Notes: generated by a model not told the origin, from the sequence alone. A DNA stretch of 64,000 nt from Thermoplasmatales archaeon SW_10_69_26 (GCA_003009755.1 PXUB01000003.1:25667-89666), one strand, 5' to 3'. Counted from the first letter of the stretch, positions 47,524 to 58,212 are shown. A program made the numbers and translations.

Positions 47524-47691
47524 CCGGCGGTCTCGTTAAGTAGGGGCCGCGAAGGACACGAAGGATCGCCGAGGCCACGAAGGGCCTGTGACTCGCCGCC
47601 GGGCGGCGTTGTCACGGCAGCTGCTCCGCTTGGTGCCCTGGCGTCCCTTCGCGTACTTGGTGGTCCCCCCGTTTCTTATCCTTACAGCCCG
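47524..47691. mobile_element. MITE copy 2 (168 bp), 9-bp TSD TCCCCGGCC/TCTCCGGCC
   Basis: Matches copies 1 and 3. Flanks 47515-47523 and 47692-47700 match 8/9. Confidence 0.9.
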
Positions 47692-47710
47692 TCTCCGGCC
47701 GCCCGCTCCC

Positions 47711-50074
47711 TCACTCGCCGGTCGGCGGGGCGCTGGACGTCTCGCGGTTGCGGTCGGGGTCGTTGTCGAACGGGTCCACGTCGACCCACGTCTGTTGGCC
47801 CTGACCGAAGTCGAAGGCGTCCGTGTTCTCCGTGCTGAACACCGGCGGCTGACCCAGCTCGGAGCCGCCACCGAGCGTCCCGTCGGTCCGCGCGACGTCG
47901 AAGGTGTACACGGTCGCGATCGTGTCGCCAGAGCAGTCGAGGCTGCAGTCGTGGACGAACGACAGGGCGGACGTGAAGCCGCCCGTCGGCTCCCGGCACT
48001 GCGTCTCGAAGTCGCTGTCCAGGCCCAGGTCCTCGCCGGGCATCACGACGTTCGGGGCCGGGTCGTCACCGTTCGCTGCATCGGCGTAGGCCTGCAGGTC
48101 TGCGACGTTCGAGGCGATCTCGCTGGCGAGCGCCGAGTCCGCCCTCGGATCGCCGGGGCTCCACAGCTCGTGCACCGCGTTCGATCCGAGCACGAAGATC
48201 GTGTTGCCCTCGGGGTAGGGGGACGTCTGGCCGGTCTCCGTGTCGACGAACGTGGTGGGCTCGTTCAGGTAGACGAGCTGGGCCAGGCCGGTGTCGGCGC
48301 CGTACCCGGCGTCGACCATCATCTCGGTGTGCGTGGCTCCGCCGACGGCCGTGCAGCCCTGCCCAGGCGCGGGCTCGCCGCCCTCGACCCACATGTCCCA
48401 AAGCAGCGGGTAGGCGCCGGTCCCCTCGATCCCATCGACCTGGTACTTGGCGCCGAGGAACGCCTGGTCGTAGTCGCCGTCGTCGTTCTTATCGGTGAAC
48501 ATGCCGACCTTGCCCTCGGTCCACATCGTGCCGGGCCCGGGTCGGTTGGCGCTGTCCTGGTGGTCGGCCGAGGTCAGGTACAACCCGTCGTTGCCGGTGC
48601 CGAACCCGGCCAGGTCGGCGCCGGCGAAGTTCTCCAGCCCGCTGCCGGAGCGCTCGCCGGTCACGCCGAGGGCGACGTCACCGTCCACGATGTCCACCCA
48701 GTCGTCCACCGTGTCGACCTCCTCCGAGCTCGTCAGCGCCTGACACTCGGTGATGCTGCGCTCGAGGGCATCGTCCGTCAGCGACTGGCTGGTGTCCCCG
48801 AGAGTGCCGGCCGCTTCGGCGTTGGGTTCGACGCGGTCGGCCTTGGTGACCAGCGTCTGCGCCTCGTCGACCGACGACAGGTCTGGACCGCCGGGGAGGT
48901 CGGGAGCGTTGGACAGGACGTCGCCGGCCCGCTCTTCGACATCCTGCTGGACGGTGTCCGCGCCGTCGTTGGCCCACGTCCACGTCGTCGGGAACGAGGC
49001 CTGCTCGACGGCGGAGGCGGTCGGCGAGTACACGTCGAGGTCGTGCGCCATGTAGGGCAGCGAGGATCCGGCCTTGGGATCGAGAGCGAAGCCGGGTGCT
49101 CGCCCGTTGCAGTCCTGCTCGAGCACCGGGCCCGCCACCCAGTGCAGGATCTCGTAGTTGAACTCCGAGTTCCCGGTGCACGTCGCCGGGCACTGGATGC
49201 GGCCGTGCCAGGCTCCGCCCGAGGCCGGGCTGCAGACGTAGGCCGGGCTCTTGCACTCCTCGTCGTAGCTGCGGAACTCCGTATCGGAGTCCCGGGGCCC
49301 GAAGTAGGTGAGCTCGATCCCGCACGAGCCGATGTTGTTGATCGCGGCGAAGTCCCCGAACGGCTCGAACCCGCAGACCGCCGGGACGGCGCTGTCGGGG
49401 ATGTCCGCGGCGCCGATCATCGATTTCAGCCGTTCGCCGCTGATCGGGTTGCCCTCGTCGTCGTACAGGAACCCGACGAACGCCTGGTAGGGCTCCTGGG
49501 ACATCGGGCCGTTCATCTCCCAGGCGCCCGTCTGGGACTGGACGACGTGCGTGGCGAACGGGTAGTGCACGGCGACGTGGTAGGCCTGGGTGCGGTCGCC
49601 GTCCTCGTCGTCGGCGTCGTCGGCGCTGTCGGTGAGACCCAGCTCCTGACCGACGTCGTGGACGCCCTGCCAGACGGGGTCGACGAACGGCTGGTTGAAC
49701 CGCTCGATCGCCGTCCCCATGTAGTTGGCCACGTGGACGTCGAACCCGCCGATCCCCTCCGCCAACAGCTCTTGGTCGGAGGGTCCGGCTTGCTGGAGAC
49801 CCGTCCCCTCGTGGTAGACCAGCTCCCCGCAGAAGGCGTCCCCGGCGGTGGCCTCTCGGGCGGCCTCGGCGGAGATCTCGCCCTCGGACTCGTAGCAGTC
49901 CTCGGTCGCGACCCCGCGCTCGTAGGCCTCTTGGGGGACGGTTGGGTCGTCGGGATTCTCCTCGGCGCCCAGCCCGACCGTGTCTTCGTAGCCTGCGCTC
50001 AAGTGGCGTGCGCCCACGCTGGGCAGCACGCTGCCGATCAACAGCAGTGCAACGATGATCGCCTTCGTTCTCAC
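47711..50074 (-). CDS. Large secreted acidic Cys-containing hypothetical protein
   Basis: Signal VRTKAIIVALLLIGSVLPSVGA; ~790 aa with strong coding bias; no family recognised. Confidence 0.85.
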   Translation of the reverse strand: MRTKAIIVALLLIGSVLPSVGARHLSAGYEDTVGLGAEENPDDPTVPQEAYERGVATEDCYESEGEISAEAAREATAGDAFCGELVYHEGTGLQQAGPSDQELLAEGIGGFDVHVANYMGTAIERFNQPFVDPVWQGVHDVGQELGLTDSADDADDEDGDRTQAYHVAVHYPFATHVVQSQTGAWEMNGPMSQEPYQAFVGFLYDDEGNPISGERLKSMIGAADIPDSAVPAVCGFEPFGDFAAINNIGSCGIELTYFGPRDSDTEFRSYDEECKSPAYVCSPASGGAWHGRIQCPATCTGNSEFNYEILHWVAGPVLEQDCNGRAPGFALDPKAGSSLPYMAHDLDVYSPTASAVEQASFPTTWTWANDGADTVQQDVEERAGDVLSNAPDLPGGPDLSSVDEAQTLVTKADRVEPNAEAAGTLGDTSQSLTDDALERSITECQALTSSEEVDTVDDWVDIVDGDVALGVTGERSGSGLENFAGADLAGFGTGNDGLYLTSADHQDSANRPGPGTMWTEGKVGMFTDKNDDGDYDQAFLGAKYQVDGIEGTGAYPLLWDMWVEGGEPAPGQGCTAVGGATHTEMMVDAGYGADTGLAQLVYLNEPTTFVDTETGQTSPYPEGNTIFVLGSNAVHELWSPGDPRADSALASEIASNVADLQAYADAANGDDPAPNVVMPGEDLGLDSDFETQCREPTGGFTSALSFVHDCSLDCSGDTIATVYTFDVARTDGTLGGGSELGQPPVFSTENTDAFDFGQGQQTWVDVDPFDNDPDRNRETSSAPPTGE

Positions 50075-50218
50075 CGTGGCGGACCTCCCAGGTCGGCCTC
50101 GCGCCCCTCCAGACGCATGGGAATCCATCACAAGGTCACGGTATGAGGGTTTCGGCCGACCCCTTGAACGCGGTGCCCAGCGGAAGCCTCAAACCCTCCC
50201 ACCCCCTCATCGGGACGT

Positions 50219-51064
50219 ATGCGAGTGGTGCTATGCCAGCGCGCCTCGACCGTCGGCGAGGTCAAGCCCAACCTCGCCCAGGCGCTCGAGGACGTCGCCG
50301 AGCACGGACCCGACGCCGACCTCGTCCTGTTCCCGGAGCTGTTCCTCACCGGGTACACGGCTGGCCAACGCCACCGCGAGCTGGCGCTCGATCTCGACGG
50401 CTCGGTGCTCGACGAGCTCGCCCGAGCCGCCCGCGAGCAGGGGACAGCGATCTTGATCGGCGGCCCCCGTCAGGGCGAGGACGGCACGCACAACAGCGCC
50501 TTCCTCCTCGCCCCCGACGGCCAGCGCCACGCCTACGACAAGGTGCACCTGCCGACGTTCGACGTGTTCGAGGAAGGACTGGTCTTCGAACCCGGCAACC
50601 GCGGCCTGATCGTCGACCTCGGCGACGTCACGCTCGGCATCGCCATCTGCTACGACCTGTTCTTCCCCGAGATCACCAAGGACCTGGCGATGCGCGGCGC
50701 CGACGTGCTCGCCACGATCTCGGCTGGACCCACGACGAGCAGCGACTACTTCGAGGCCGTGCTCCCCGCTCGCGCCCTCGAGACGACGAGCTTCGTGCTC
50801 TACGGCAACCTCGTGGGCACGCAGGGCGAAATCACGTTCGGCGGCGGCTCGCAGGCGATCAGCCCGCTGGGCGAGACCCTGATCGAGCCCGCCGGCCGAG
50901 ACGAGACCGTGCTCACCGCGGAGCTGGACCTCGACCACGTCGACCTGGCCCGCCGCAAACGCCCCGCGCTACGCGACACCCGCATGGCGCGCGGCCAGCC
51001 CGCCAAGGGCCAAGCCCCCTGGCCGACGACGCGCGAGGAGCTGGAGGACGCCGACGCGGACTAG
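50219..51064 (+). CDS. Carbon-nitrogen hydrolase (nitrilase superfamily)
   Basis: FPEL..TGY, YDK.HL, ICYD..FPE triad. Confidence 0.93.
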   Translation: MRVVLCQRASTVGEVKPNLAQALEDVAEHGPDADLVLFPELFLTGYTAGQRHRELALDLDGSVLDELARAAREQGTAILIGGPRQGEDGTHNSAFLLAPDGQRHAYDKVHLPTFDVFEEGLVFEPGNRGLIVDLGDVTLGIAICYDLFFPEITKDLAMRGADVLATISAGPTTSSDYFEAVLPARALETTSFVLYGNLVGTQGEITFGGGSQAISPLGETLIEPAGRDETVLTAELDLDHVDLARRKRPALRDTRMARGQPAKGQAPWPTTREELEDADAD

Positions 51065-51252
51065 GGCCGAGCGCGGAACTCGCCGTGCTGCATCCCCAGC
51101 CACATCATCAAGAGGCCGAAGACGACCATCGAGGGCAGCACCATCATGAAGATCGTGCTGGTCGTCATCGGCACGAAGGCGACCATCGCGATCGTCGCCA
51201 GGGCGATGACCGCCACGAACGTCCCCCACGTCACGGATCGGTTGAACTCCAT
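51061..51252 (-). CDS. Small two-TM membrane protein
   Basis: MEFN...MMVLPSMVVFG....LG..HGEFRA; resembles a haloarchaeal small-protein family from memory. Confidence 0.75.
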   Translation of the reverse strand: MEFNRSVTWGTFVAVIALATIAMVAFVPMTTSTIFMMVLPSMVVFGLLMMWLGMQHGEFRARP

Positions 51253-51337
51253 CACCAACGCCTAACGCCGGCCCCCGCGATAAACGTGCGCCCGTCCGCC
51301 GGCGGAACCTTCAACCTACGCTCCCCGTTGGAGGCTC

Positions 51338-52030
51338 GTGCGGTACGCCACGCTCGTCAGCGGCGGCAAGGACAGCTGCCTGGCCCACCACCTGGCCCGC
51401 GAGGACGGCTTCGAGCCGGTGGCCGGCATCGTGATCCGGCCCACCGATCCCGACAGCCACATGTTCCACGTCCCCAACCTCGACGTCGCCGTCGCCCAGG
51501 TCCAGGCCCTCGGCCTGGAGCCGATCGAGCTCGAGGCCCCGCCCGGCAAGGAGACCGAGACCGAGATCCTCGTCGACGCCTTCCAAGCCGCCCACGACCG
51601 AGGCGCGGAGACGATCGTGGCCGGCGCCGTCGCGTCCGAGTATCAGCGCGTGCGCGTCGAACGCGCCGCCGAGGAGGTCGGGCTCAAGGTCCACACCCCG
51701 CTGTGGCGCAAGGACCCCTGGCAGATCCTCGACCTGCTCGTCACCGGCGGCTACGACGTCCGCTTCTCGACGGTGGCCGCCTACGGGTTCGCGGAGCACT
51801 GGCTGGGCCGCCGCCTGGACGAGGACGCCCTCGAGGACCTGGCCGACCTCGAAGCCGCGTACGGCGTCCACCCGATCGGCGAAGGCGGCGAGTACGAGTC
51901 GCTCGTGCTGGACGCGCCCGGCTTCCAACGCCGCATCGATGTCCTGGACACCGCGTCCACGTTCCAGCGCGACCGCGGGGAGTGGTCCGTCACCGAGCAC
52001 CAGCTCGTCGACCCCGACCCGCCCGCCTGA
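51338..52030 (+). CDS. dph6: Diphthine-ammonia ligase
   Basis: SGGKDS, S.MFH.PN, S.YQ..R, PLW, GEGGEYES.V.D.P.F. Confidence 0.9.
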   Translation: MRYATLVSGGKDSCLAHHLAREDGFEPVAGIVIRPTDPDSHMFHVPNLDVAVAQVQALGLEPIELEAPPGKETETEILVDAFQAAHDRGAETIVAGAVASEYQRVRVERAAEEVGLKVHTPLWRKDPWQILDLLVTGGYDVRFSTVAAYGFAEHWLGRRLDEDALEDLADLEAAYGVHPIGEGGEYESLVLDAPGFQRRIDVLDTASTFQRDRGEWSVTEHQLVDPDPPA

Positions 52031-52070
52031 GGCCAGAACGTTTTTCGCAGCCCCACGCTTGCGAGACTGG

Positions 52071-52997
52071 ATGGCCGAGGACGCCGCCGACGTGCTGGTC
52101 GCCGGGACCGTCGCCTACGACACCGTCGAGACCCCCTTCGAGGACGTGCAGAAAGCCCTGGGCGGCTCGGCGACGTACTTCGCGAGCGCCGCCAGCCTGT
52201 TCACCACGACGCACGTCGTCAGCGTCGTCGGCGGCGACTTCGAGATGGGCGAGCTCACGTTCCTCCGCGACCGCGGGGTCGACCTCTCCGGGATCGAGGT
52301 CATCGAAGACGGCGAGACCTTCCACTGGTCCGGCGAGTACCACTACGACATGAACACCCGGACCACGCACGCTACCGACCTCAACGTGCTCGAGGGTTTC
52401 GACCCGCACATCCCCGAGGACGCCCGCGACGTGGACCAGGTGTTCCTCGCCAACGTCGACCCCGAGCTGCAGCTCGAGATCCTCGACCAGCTCGAGGGCG
52501 ACCCCTTCGTCGCCGCCGACACGATGAACTTCTGGATCGAGGGCAAGCCCGAGGCCCTCAAGGACGTGCTCGCTCGCGTCGACGCGCTGCTGATCAACGA
52601 CGAGGAGGCGCGCGAGATGGCCGACACCCCCCACCTAACGGAGGCCATGCGCCGCATCCAGGGCCTGGGCCCCGACGTGGTCGTGGTGAAGAAGGGCGAA
52701 CACGGCTGCGTGCTCGCCAACGGCCAGGACTGGTTCTCCGCGCCCGCCTTCCTCCACGCCGACGTCAACGATCCCACCGGCGCCGGCGACGCCTTCGCTG
52801 GCGGGTTCCTCGGCACGCTGGCCGCCGCCGACGAGATGGACGACGACGCGCTGCGCAAAGCTGCCGTCTACGGCACCGCCAGCGCCTCGATCGTGATCGA
52901 GGACTTCGGCCCCGCCCAGCTCGAGAACGCCGACCGATCGCTCATCGAGAAGCGCGCCAAGCGGCTCGCGAGCTTCGCCCAGTTCCCCGAGATCTGA
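52071..52997 (+). CDS. PfkB family carbohydrate/nucleoside kinase
   Basis: GGSA, DTMNFWI, N..E, KKGEHG, DPTGAGD.FAGG. Confidence 0.93.
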   Translation: MAEDAADVLVAGTVAYDTVETPFEDVQKALGGSATYFASAASLFTTTHVVSVVGGDFEMGELTFLRDRGVDLSGIEVIEDGETFHWSGEYHYDMNTRTTHATDLNVLEGFDPHIPEDARDVDQVFLANVDPELQLEILDQLEGDPFVAADTMNFWIEGKPEALKDVLARVDALLINDEEAREMADTPHLTEAMRRIQGLGPDVVVVKKGEHGCVLANGQDWFSAPAFLHADVNDPTGAGDAFAGGFLGTLAAADEMDDDALRKAAVYGTASASIVIEDFGPAQLENADRSLIEKRAKRLASFAQFPEI

Positions 52998-53112
52998 GCG
53001 GACGCAGCTGGGCGAACACGCAGAGGAGAGCCAAGCACAGGCAAGCAGAGGGAGCAAGGGCCCGGGCTGAGGGCAGCCGAAGCGCTGACCTGGCGGCGAC
53101 GAGCCGCTGGCC

Positions 53113-54414
53113 TCACCCCTCGGCCTCGGTGACGAGATCTGTGGCCGCCTGCTCGGCGTCGGCCACGACCGTCCCGACGTCGAGGCGCTCGTGCTCGCCC
53201 TCGTGGTAGACGACCTCCCCGTCGGCGATCGTCGTCCGCACGTCCCCGCCGCGCGCGGCGTACACCGCCTGCGAGACGGGGTCGTGCATCGGTCGAAGGT
53301 GCGGCCGGTCGGTGTCGAGCAACGCGAGGTCCGCCCAGGCTCCCTGCTGGACGCGGCCGGCGTCGGTGAACCCCAGCGCGTGGGCACCGGCGCGGGTCGC
53401 CATCGCCAAGGCCTGCCCGGCGGGCAGCTGCTCGGCGTCCCAGCGGTGGTGCTTGTGCGTCAACGCCGCGCGCTTGGCCTCCTGCAACACGTCGATGCGG
53501 TTGTTGCTCGCCGGCCCGTCGGTTCCCACCGCGACCGTGGCGCCGGCGGCGAGAAGCTCGGGCACGGGCGTGGTGCCGCCGGTCGCCAGCTTCTGGTTCG
53601 CCGTCGGGCAATGGGCCACGCTGGCGCCGGCGTCGGCGACGCGTTCGGCCTCGGCCCGCGTCATCCAGCCGCAGTGGGCGAGGATCGATCGCTCGGTCAG
53701 GCAGCCGTGCTCGTCCAGGTGAGCCAGCGGTCGCAGACCGTGCTCGGCCTCGGCCTCGTAGACCTCCTGCATCGTCTCCGCGACGTGGATCTGGATGCTG
53801 GCCCCGTGCTCGTCGGCCAGCTCGGCCACCGTCTCCAACGTCTCGGCGCTCGTCGAGTACACGGCGTGGGGCGCCAGGCTCGCCCGCACGCGGCCCTCGC
53901 CGGGCGGACGCTCTCGCAGGAGGGTCTTCGTGTTGGCCAGCACCTCCTCGGGGCGGCCTTCCGCTGTGGGTTGGTCGACGATCGAGGCGCCGGCCAGGCA
54001 GGCCAGCCCGGCCTCCTCGGCGGCTCGGGCCACGTCCTCGGCGAACAGGTACATGTCCGCGAACGCCGTGATGCCCGCCTCGATCATCTCGGCGGCCGCC
54101 AACCGAGCCCCGGCGTGCACGTGATCGCCCGTGAGGTGGGCCTCGACGGGCCAGATCGCCCGCTCGAGCCACGGCTGCAGGGGCAGATCGTCGGCGTAGC
54201 CACGCAGCACCGTCATCGCGGCGTGCCCGTGCGCGTTCACCAGACCCGGCACGAGCAGGTCGCCCCCGCCCTCGATGACGCGATCGGCCTCGGGCCGGGC
54301 CTGCCCGATCTCGCGGACGCGGCCCTCGTCGACGACGACGGACACGTCCTCGCGGATTCTGGGGCCCTGAGGAGCGGGGTCGAGCACGGTGACCTGGTCG
54401 ATGCGCAGGGACAC
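53113..54414 (-). CDS. mtaD: Amidohydrolase, MTA/SAH deaminase-like
   Basis: PGLVNAHGH, RG.ADD..L..WL...IWP.E, APH, HVAE, GTDG.ASNN. Confidence 0.85.
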   Translation of the reverse strand: MSLRIDQVTVLDPAPQGPRIREDVSVVVDEGRVREIGQARPEADRVIEGGGDLLVPGLVNAHGHAAMTVLRGYADDLPLQPWLERAIWPVEAHLTGDHVHAGARLAAAEMIEAGITAFADMYLFAEDVARAAEEAGLACLAGASIVDQPTAEGRPEEVLANTKTLLRERPPGEGRVRASLAPHAVYSTSAETLETVAELADEHGASIQIHVAETMQEVYEAEAEHGLRPLAHLDEHGCLTERSILAHCGWMTRAEAERVADAGASVAHCPTANQKLATGGTTPVPELLAAGATVAVGTDGPASNNRIDVLQEAKRAALTHKHHRWDAEQLPAGQALAMATRAGAHALGFTDAGRVQQGAWADLALLDTDRPHLRPMHDPVSQAVYAARGGDVRTTIADGEVVYHEGEHERLDVGTVVADAEQAATDLVTEAEG

Positions 54415-54530
54415 GTGGACCCCAAGCGGGGTCTCAAGAAGAAGGTGTTCGCAACCTCACCCGAGGGGTGAGCAACCGGGGACCGACGCGTGCTCGCAGC
54501 CGGCGTCGGTCCCCGCGAACGCAAGCGGCC

Positions 54531-55247
54531 TCAGACGGTGGCGGCCTGGCGCGGCTTCTCCTCGACCTCTTCGGCCTTCAGCACGCGGCGGCCGCCCTCC
54601 TCGACGACGTTGCCGTCGAAGCGGTAGGTCGTGCCCTCCTCGATCGGGAGCTTGGCGGGCACGGACACGCGGCCCTGGCCCGACGTGCCGTCGGGGGTCT
54701 CGATGTCGAGCAGAGCCTTCTCGCCGCTGGAGAGGACCTCGGTGACGCGGCCGGTGACCTCGACGTGGGCGCCCTCGTTGCGGGCGATCTCGTCGGGCTC
54801 GACCTGCTTCTTGTAGGGCTGGCCCTGAACCCAGAGGCTCTGGAAGGAGCGATCCAGGCGGCTGACGAGGGACGGGTGCACCGTCTCGAGGGCCAGCGTG
54901 CCGGCCTTCACCGGGCCGGTGCAGAAGATCGCGCGACCGGACCCGACGACGAAGTTGCCCTTCGCCTCCTCGTGGATCCGGATCTCGCAATCCTGCTCCA
55001 TCGAGCTCGGGAGCTTGGCGCCGGGGGCGACGAGCACGCGGCTGCCGTGCGGCACGTTCACGTCCTCGAGCGAGGTCGTGACGATGCCCGGAGGCTCGTC
55101 GCTCGCGAACTCAACGAGGTCCCAGTCCTTCGTGAGCGAGGCTCGCTCGTCGTTGCGGACGCGACGGATCGCCACCTCGAAGGCGAACGCGGTCGCGGCC
55201 ACGCCAACGACGAAACCGATCGTCGTCCAGAGAACGTCTACGGGCAT
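54531..55247 (-). CDS. Membrane-anchored hypothetical protein
   Basis: N-terminal TM segment; typical codon usage; possible OB-like C-terminus. Confidence 0.7.
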   Translation of the reverse strand: MPVDVLWTTIGFVVGVAATAFAFEVAIRRVRNDERASLTKDWDLVEFASDEPPGIVTTSLEDVNVPHGSRVLVAPGAKLPSSMEQDCEIRIHEEAKGNFVVGSGRAIFCTGPVKAGTLALETVHPSLVSRLDRSFQSLWVQGQPYKKQVEPDEIARNEGAHVEVTGRVTEVLSSGEKALLDIETPDGTSGQGRVSVPAKLPIEEGTTYRFDGNVVEEGGRRVLKAEEVEEKPRQAATV

Positions 55248-55358
55248 CCCATCCCTCGTTCTCCCTTGACGGCCGGCCGCATCAAAAGGGTTGCCTTTTC
55301 GATGCAGGTCTCAGGGGAGAGGTTGCGGAGGCTCAACCGAAGCTGGAGGTACCGATCC

Positions 55359-56219
55359 CTAGTACAGGTATCGAAGCGTGTAGTCGATGCCGACGTTCTG
55401 GTCCGAGGTCACGTACACCCACGCCGCGCCGTCCGGCGGGAAACACACCCGCGGGAAGTCCCGTGCCTGCTCGCAGTGGGTGCCCTCGATCCGGTCCAAC
55501 TCCTCCGTGTAGAAATCCGCATGCAGCGGTGATTCGAGTCCCACCGGAGGACGGAACCCGCCCACACGCAGATCCTCGTTCGTCAACCGAAGCCGCTGTT
55601 CCCCTGTCGCCGGGGAGTCCAGCTTGACCCAGTCACCGTCGACACCGCTTGCGGAACCCGGACCGGCAACCCGACTAAGGCCCACCGGCGCCGGCCCCGT
55701 CTCCAGGTCCTGACCGACCAGGAAGGACCCGCGTTCCACCTGCTCGTACCGCGTCACCGACAGATTGTAGCTCTCCGCCTCGATCCGGAGCGTCCAGCTC
55801 CCCGTCTGGTTCACGGGCTGGTAAATGAACTTGCGGGTGAAGTTGCTCCGCCAAGGCGTGTCGGTCTGGCAGGTCATGTACCCCGCCTCGGCCTGGAAAT
55901 CATACCCGGGGGCATACAGGCAGAAGTCGGGGCCGCCCGGAGCCCCTTCCGGGTTCTGGGAAACGAACATGAGGGTTTGGTCACCGGTTGCATTGACCCG
56001 ATACCAGTCCTCGTCGTCCCCGTTGGCGCCGTCGATGCCTCCCTGGCATCGGAGGACGGGAGGCTCGAGGTAGGCACCAGGGAACTCGGCGTCGCTGCCG
56101 GTGCCACAATCATCCTGTGCCGCTGCTGTCGCAGCGTTCGCGGCAGATCCTACGAGTCCGCCTCCCAGCAAGAGGGAGGTGAGGCAGACGATACCGGCCA
56201 GCGATCGGGCGAGCTCCAC
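55359..56219 (-). CDS. Secreted protein with PPC-like N-terminal domain
   Basis: Signal peptide; QDDCGTG.DA, D.EDWYRV, G.W.LRI; lower GC than neighbours. Confidence 0.75.
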   Translation of the reverse strand: MELARSLAGIVCLTSLLLGGGLVGSAANAATAAAQDDCGTGSDAEFPGAYLEPPVLRCQGGIDGANGDDEDWYRVNATGDQTLMFVSQNPEGAPGGPDFCLYAPGYDFQAEAGYMTCQTDTPWRSNFTRKFIYQPVNQTGSWTLRIEAESYNLSVTRYEQVERGSFLVGQDLETGPAPVGLSRVAGPGSASGVDGDWVKLDSPATGEQRLRLTNEDLRVGGFRPPVGLESPLHADFYTEELDRIEGTHCEQARDFPRVCFPPDGAAWVYVTSDQNVGIDYTLRYLY

Positions 56220-56357
56220 TCGATAGCCTCCCGCGGCTCTGTTGAAGGCTTTGGATAGGTTTAGCCTCTGTTGTCTCGGAGGGTTGCCACGGATGGTAGC
56301 CCTCGCGGATCGACAACGGGCCGGAGCCGAGCCGAGGAAGGCCGTGGGGTATCGGCC

Positions 56358-56669
56358 TTACTGCCTCAGCATGATCTCGATGTTGACGTTGTCGGGGACC
56401 TGGATGCGCATCAGCTGGCGCAGGGCGCGCTCGTCGGCGTCGATGTCGATCAGCCGCTTGTGGACGCGCATCTCCCAGTGATCCCACGTCTCCGAGCCCT
56501 CGCCGTCGGGGGCCTTGCGCGTGGGGACGGTCAGGCGCTTCGTCGGGAGCGGGACGGGTCCGCGCATCGCCACACCGGTCCGTTCGGCGATGGATTGGAT
56601 CTGTCCGCAGACCTCCTCGAGCTTGTCGTGGTCGATGCCGGCCAGCGAGATGCGTGCACTTTGTGCCAT
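56358..56669 (-). CDS. rps10: 30S ribosomal protein uS10
   Basis: [41 protein letters not shown]. Confidence 0.97.
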   Translation of the reverse strand: MAQSARISLAGIDHDKLEEVCGQIQSIAERTGVAMRGPVPLPTKRLTVPTRKAPDGEGSETWDHWEMRVHKRLIDIDADERALRQLMRIQVPDNVNIEIMLRQ

Positions 56670-56794
56670 GGTGCTTCCCTCGTGGGGGTGTTTCAGCCCC
56701 GAATTCCCTCGCGAGCCTGGCAGGGCCCGGGAGCAACCTCGAGGCTGACGAGACCAGGCGAGGCCCACGCATAAGCATTGGGGCCCGGGCAGCT

Positions 56795-56963
56795 CGGGCT
56801 GTCTCGTTAAGCAGGGGCCGCGAAGGACACGAAGGATCGCCAAGGCCACGAAGGCCCTGTGACTCGCCGCCGGGCGGCCTTGTCACGGCAGCTGCTCCCC
56901 GTTGTGCCCTGGCGTCCCTTCGCGTCCTTGGTGGTCCCCCCCGTCTCTTATCCTTACATCGCG
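56795..56963. mobile_element. MITE copy 3 (169 bp), 9-bp TSD CGGGCAGCT/CGGGCAGGT
   Basis: Matches copies 1 and 2. Flanks 56786-56794 and 56964-56972 match 8/9. Confidence 0.9.
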
Positions 56964-57030
56964 CGGGCAGGTCGCCCTGTCGGACCGACGCGCGGGCAAG
57001 GCCCTTCACGGGCGAGCAGCTTGCGCTGGC

Positions 57031-58068
57031 GTGTCCCTCGCCATCGTCACGCATCCGGCCTGCGAGGCTCACGCCCCGCCGGACGATCGACGCAGCGGGC
57101 ATCCCGAGCGACCACAGCGGCTCCCCGCCGCGCTGGCCGGCACCGAGGCGATCCCCGACGTCGACCGGGTCGAGGCTCGGGAGGCCGACACCGACGAGCT
57201 GGCGACGGTGCACACGAGCCAGCACGTCCAGGACGTCGAGCGGGCGGCCCGAGCGGGCGAGTGGATCGATTCGGACACCTACGCCCTGCCGGACAGCTGG
57301 GAGGCGGCCCGCCGCAGCGCCGGCGCCGCCGTGCAGGTCGCCCGCCGGACGATGGACGGCCAGCCGGCGTTCGCCGTCGCGCGCCCGCCCGGCCACCACG
57401 CCGAGCCCGCCGAGGCGATGGGCTTTTGCTTGTTCAACAGCGTCGCGCTCGCGGCCGAGACGCTCACCCGCGAGGGCCACCGGGTCGCCATCGTCGACGT
57501 CGACGTCCACCACGGCAACGGCACGCAGGCGATCTTCGCCGACCGCCCAGACGTCCTGTACGCCAGCATCCACCAATCCCCCTTCTACCCGGGGACAGGC
57601 CTGGCCCACGAGACAGGCACCGGACCCGGCGAGGGCTACACCGTGAACCTGCCCGTCCCCGCCGGCACCGGGCACGCCGGCTGGCTCGAGCTGATCGAAC
57701 GCGTCATCGTGCCCGTGCTGGAGAGCTTCGACCCGGACGCGGTGCTCGTCAGCGCCGGGTTCGACGCCCACCGCAAGGACCCCGTCGGTGGTCTCGACCT
57801 CGTCTCGGACACTTTCCACGAGGCGATCGAGCGCCTGCGGCACCCCCGCTGGCCGGTGGGCGCCGTGCTGGAAGGTGGCTACTCGCTGGAGGCGCTGGAG
57901 ACGTGCGTGGCCGCGACCGGATGCGCGCTCGCCGGCCAGGCGAACCCCGAGCGGGAGACGATCGAGCAGGGCGTGCGGCCCTGGGGGATGGTGGAAAGCG
58001 ACGTCACCCATCACCACGGCGAGCACTGGCCGATCCATACCGGGTCCCGCGACGTCCGGCTCGAGTAG
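57031..58068 (+). CDS. Histone deacetylase-family (class II-like) amidohydrolase
   Basis: HPE.P.R, RPPGHHA, GFC.FN, DVHHGNGTQ, SAGFDAH..DP, LEGGY. Confidence 0.95.
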   Translation: MSLAIVTHPACEAHAPPDDRRSGHPERPQRLPAALAGTEAIPDVDRVEAREADTDELATVHTSQHVQDVERAARAGEWIDSDTYALPDSWEAARRSAGAAVQVARRTMDGQPAFAVARPPGHHAEPAEAMGFCLFNSVALAAETLTREGHRVAIVDVDVHHGNGTQAIFADRPDVLYASIHQSPFYPGTGLAHETGTGPGEGYTVNLPVPAGTGHAGWLELIERVIVPVLESFDPDAVLVSAGFDAHRKDPVGGLDLVSDTFHEAIERLRHPRWPVGAVLEGGYSLEALETCVAATGCALAGQANPERETIEQGVRPWGMVESDVTHHHGEHWPIHTGSRDVRLE

Positions 58069-58212
58069 GCGCCAGCGGGTGGGGGTGATGGTCGAGGGGC
58101 CCAGCGGCTGCAGGCCGAGGCGGAGGGCCGGGTCCAGGCGGGTCGGACTGGGTGAGGGATGCGCCGGAACACTCTTAAGCCGTCTGCGTTCGTGTGATAC
58201 CGAGAGGTTCTC

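Noticed and set aside
53000-53100. Purine-rich semi-periodic spacer between convergent genes
   Set aside because: Too degenerate to link to the MITE-like repeats; no IR or TSD.
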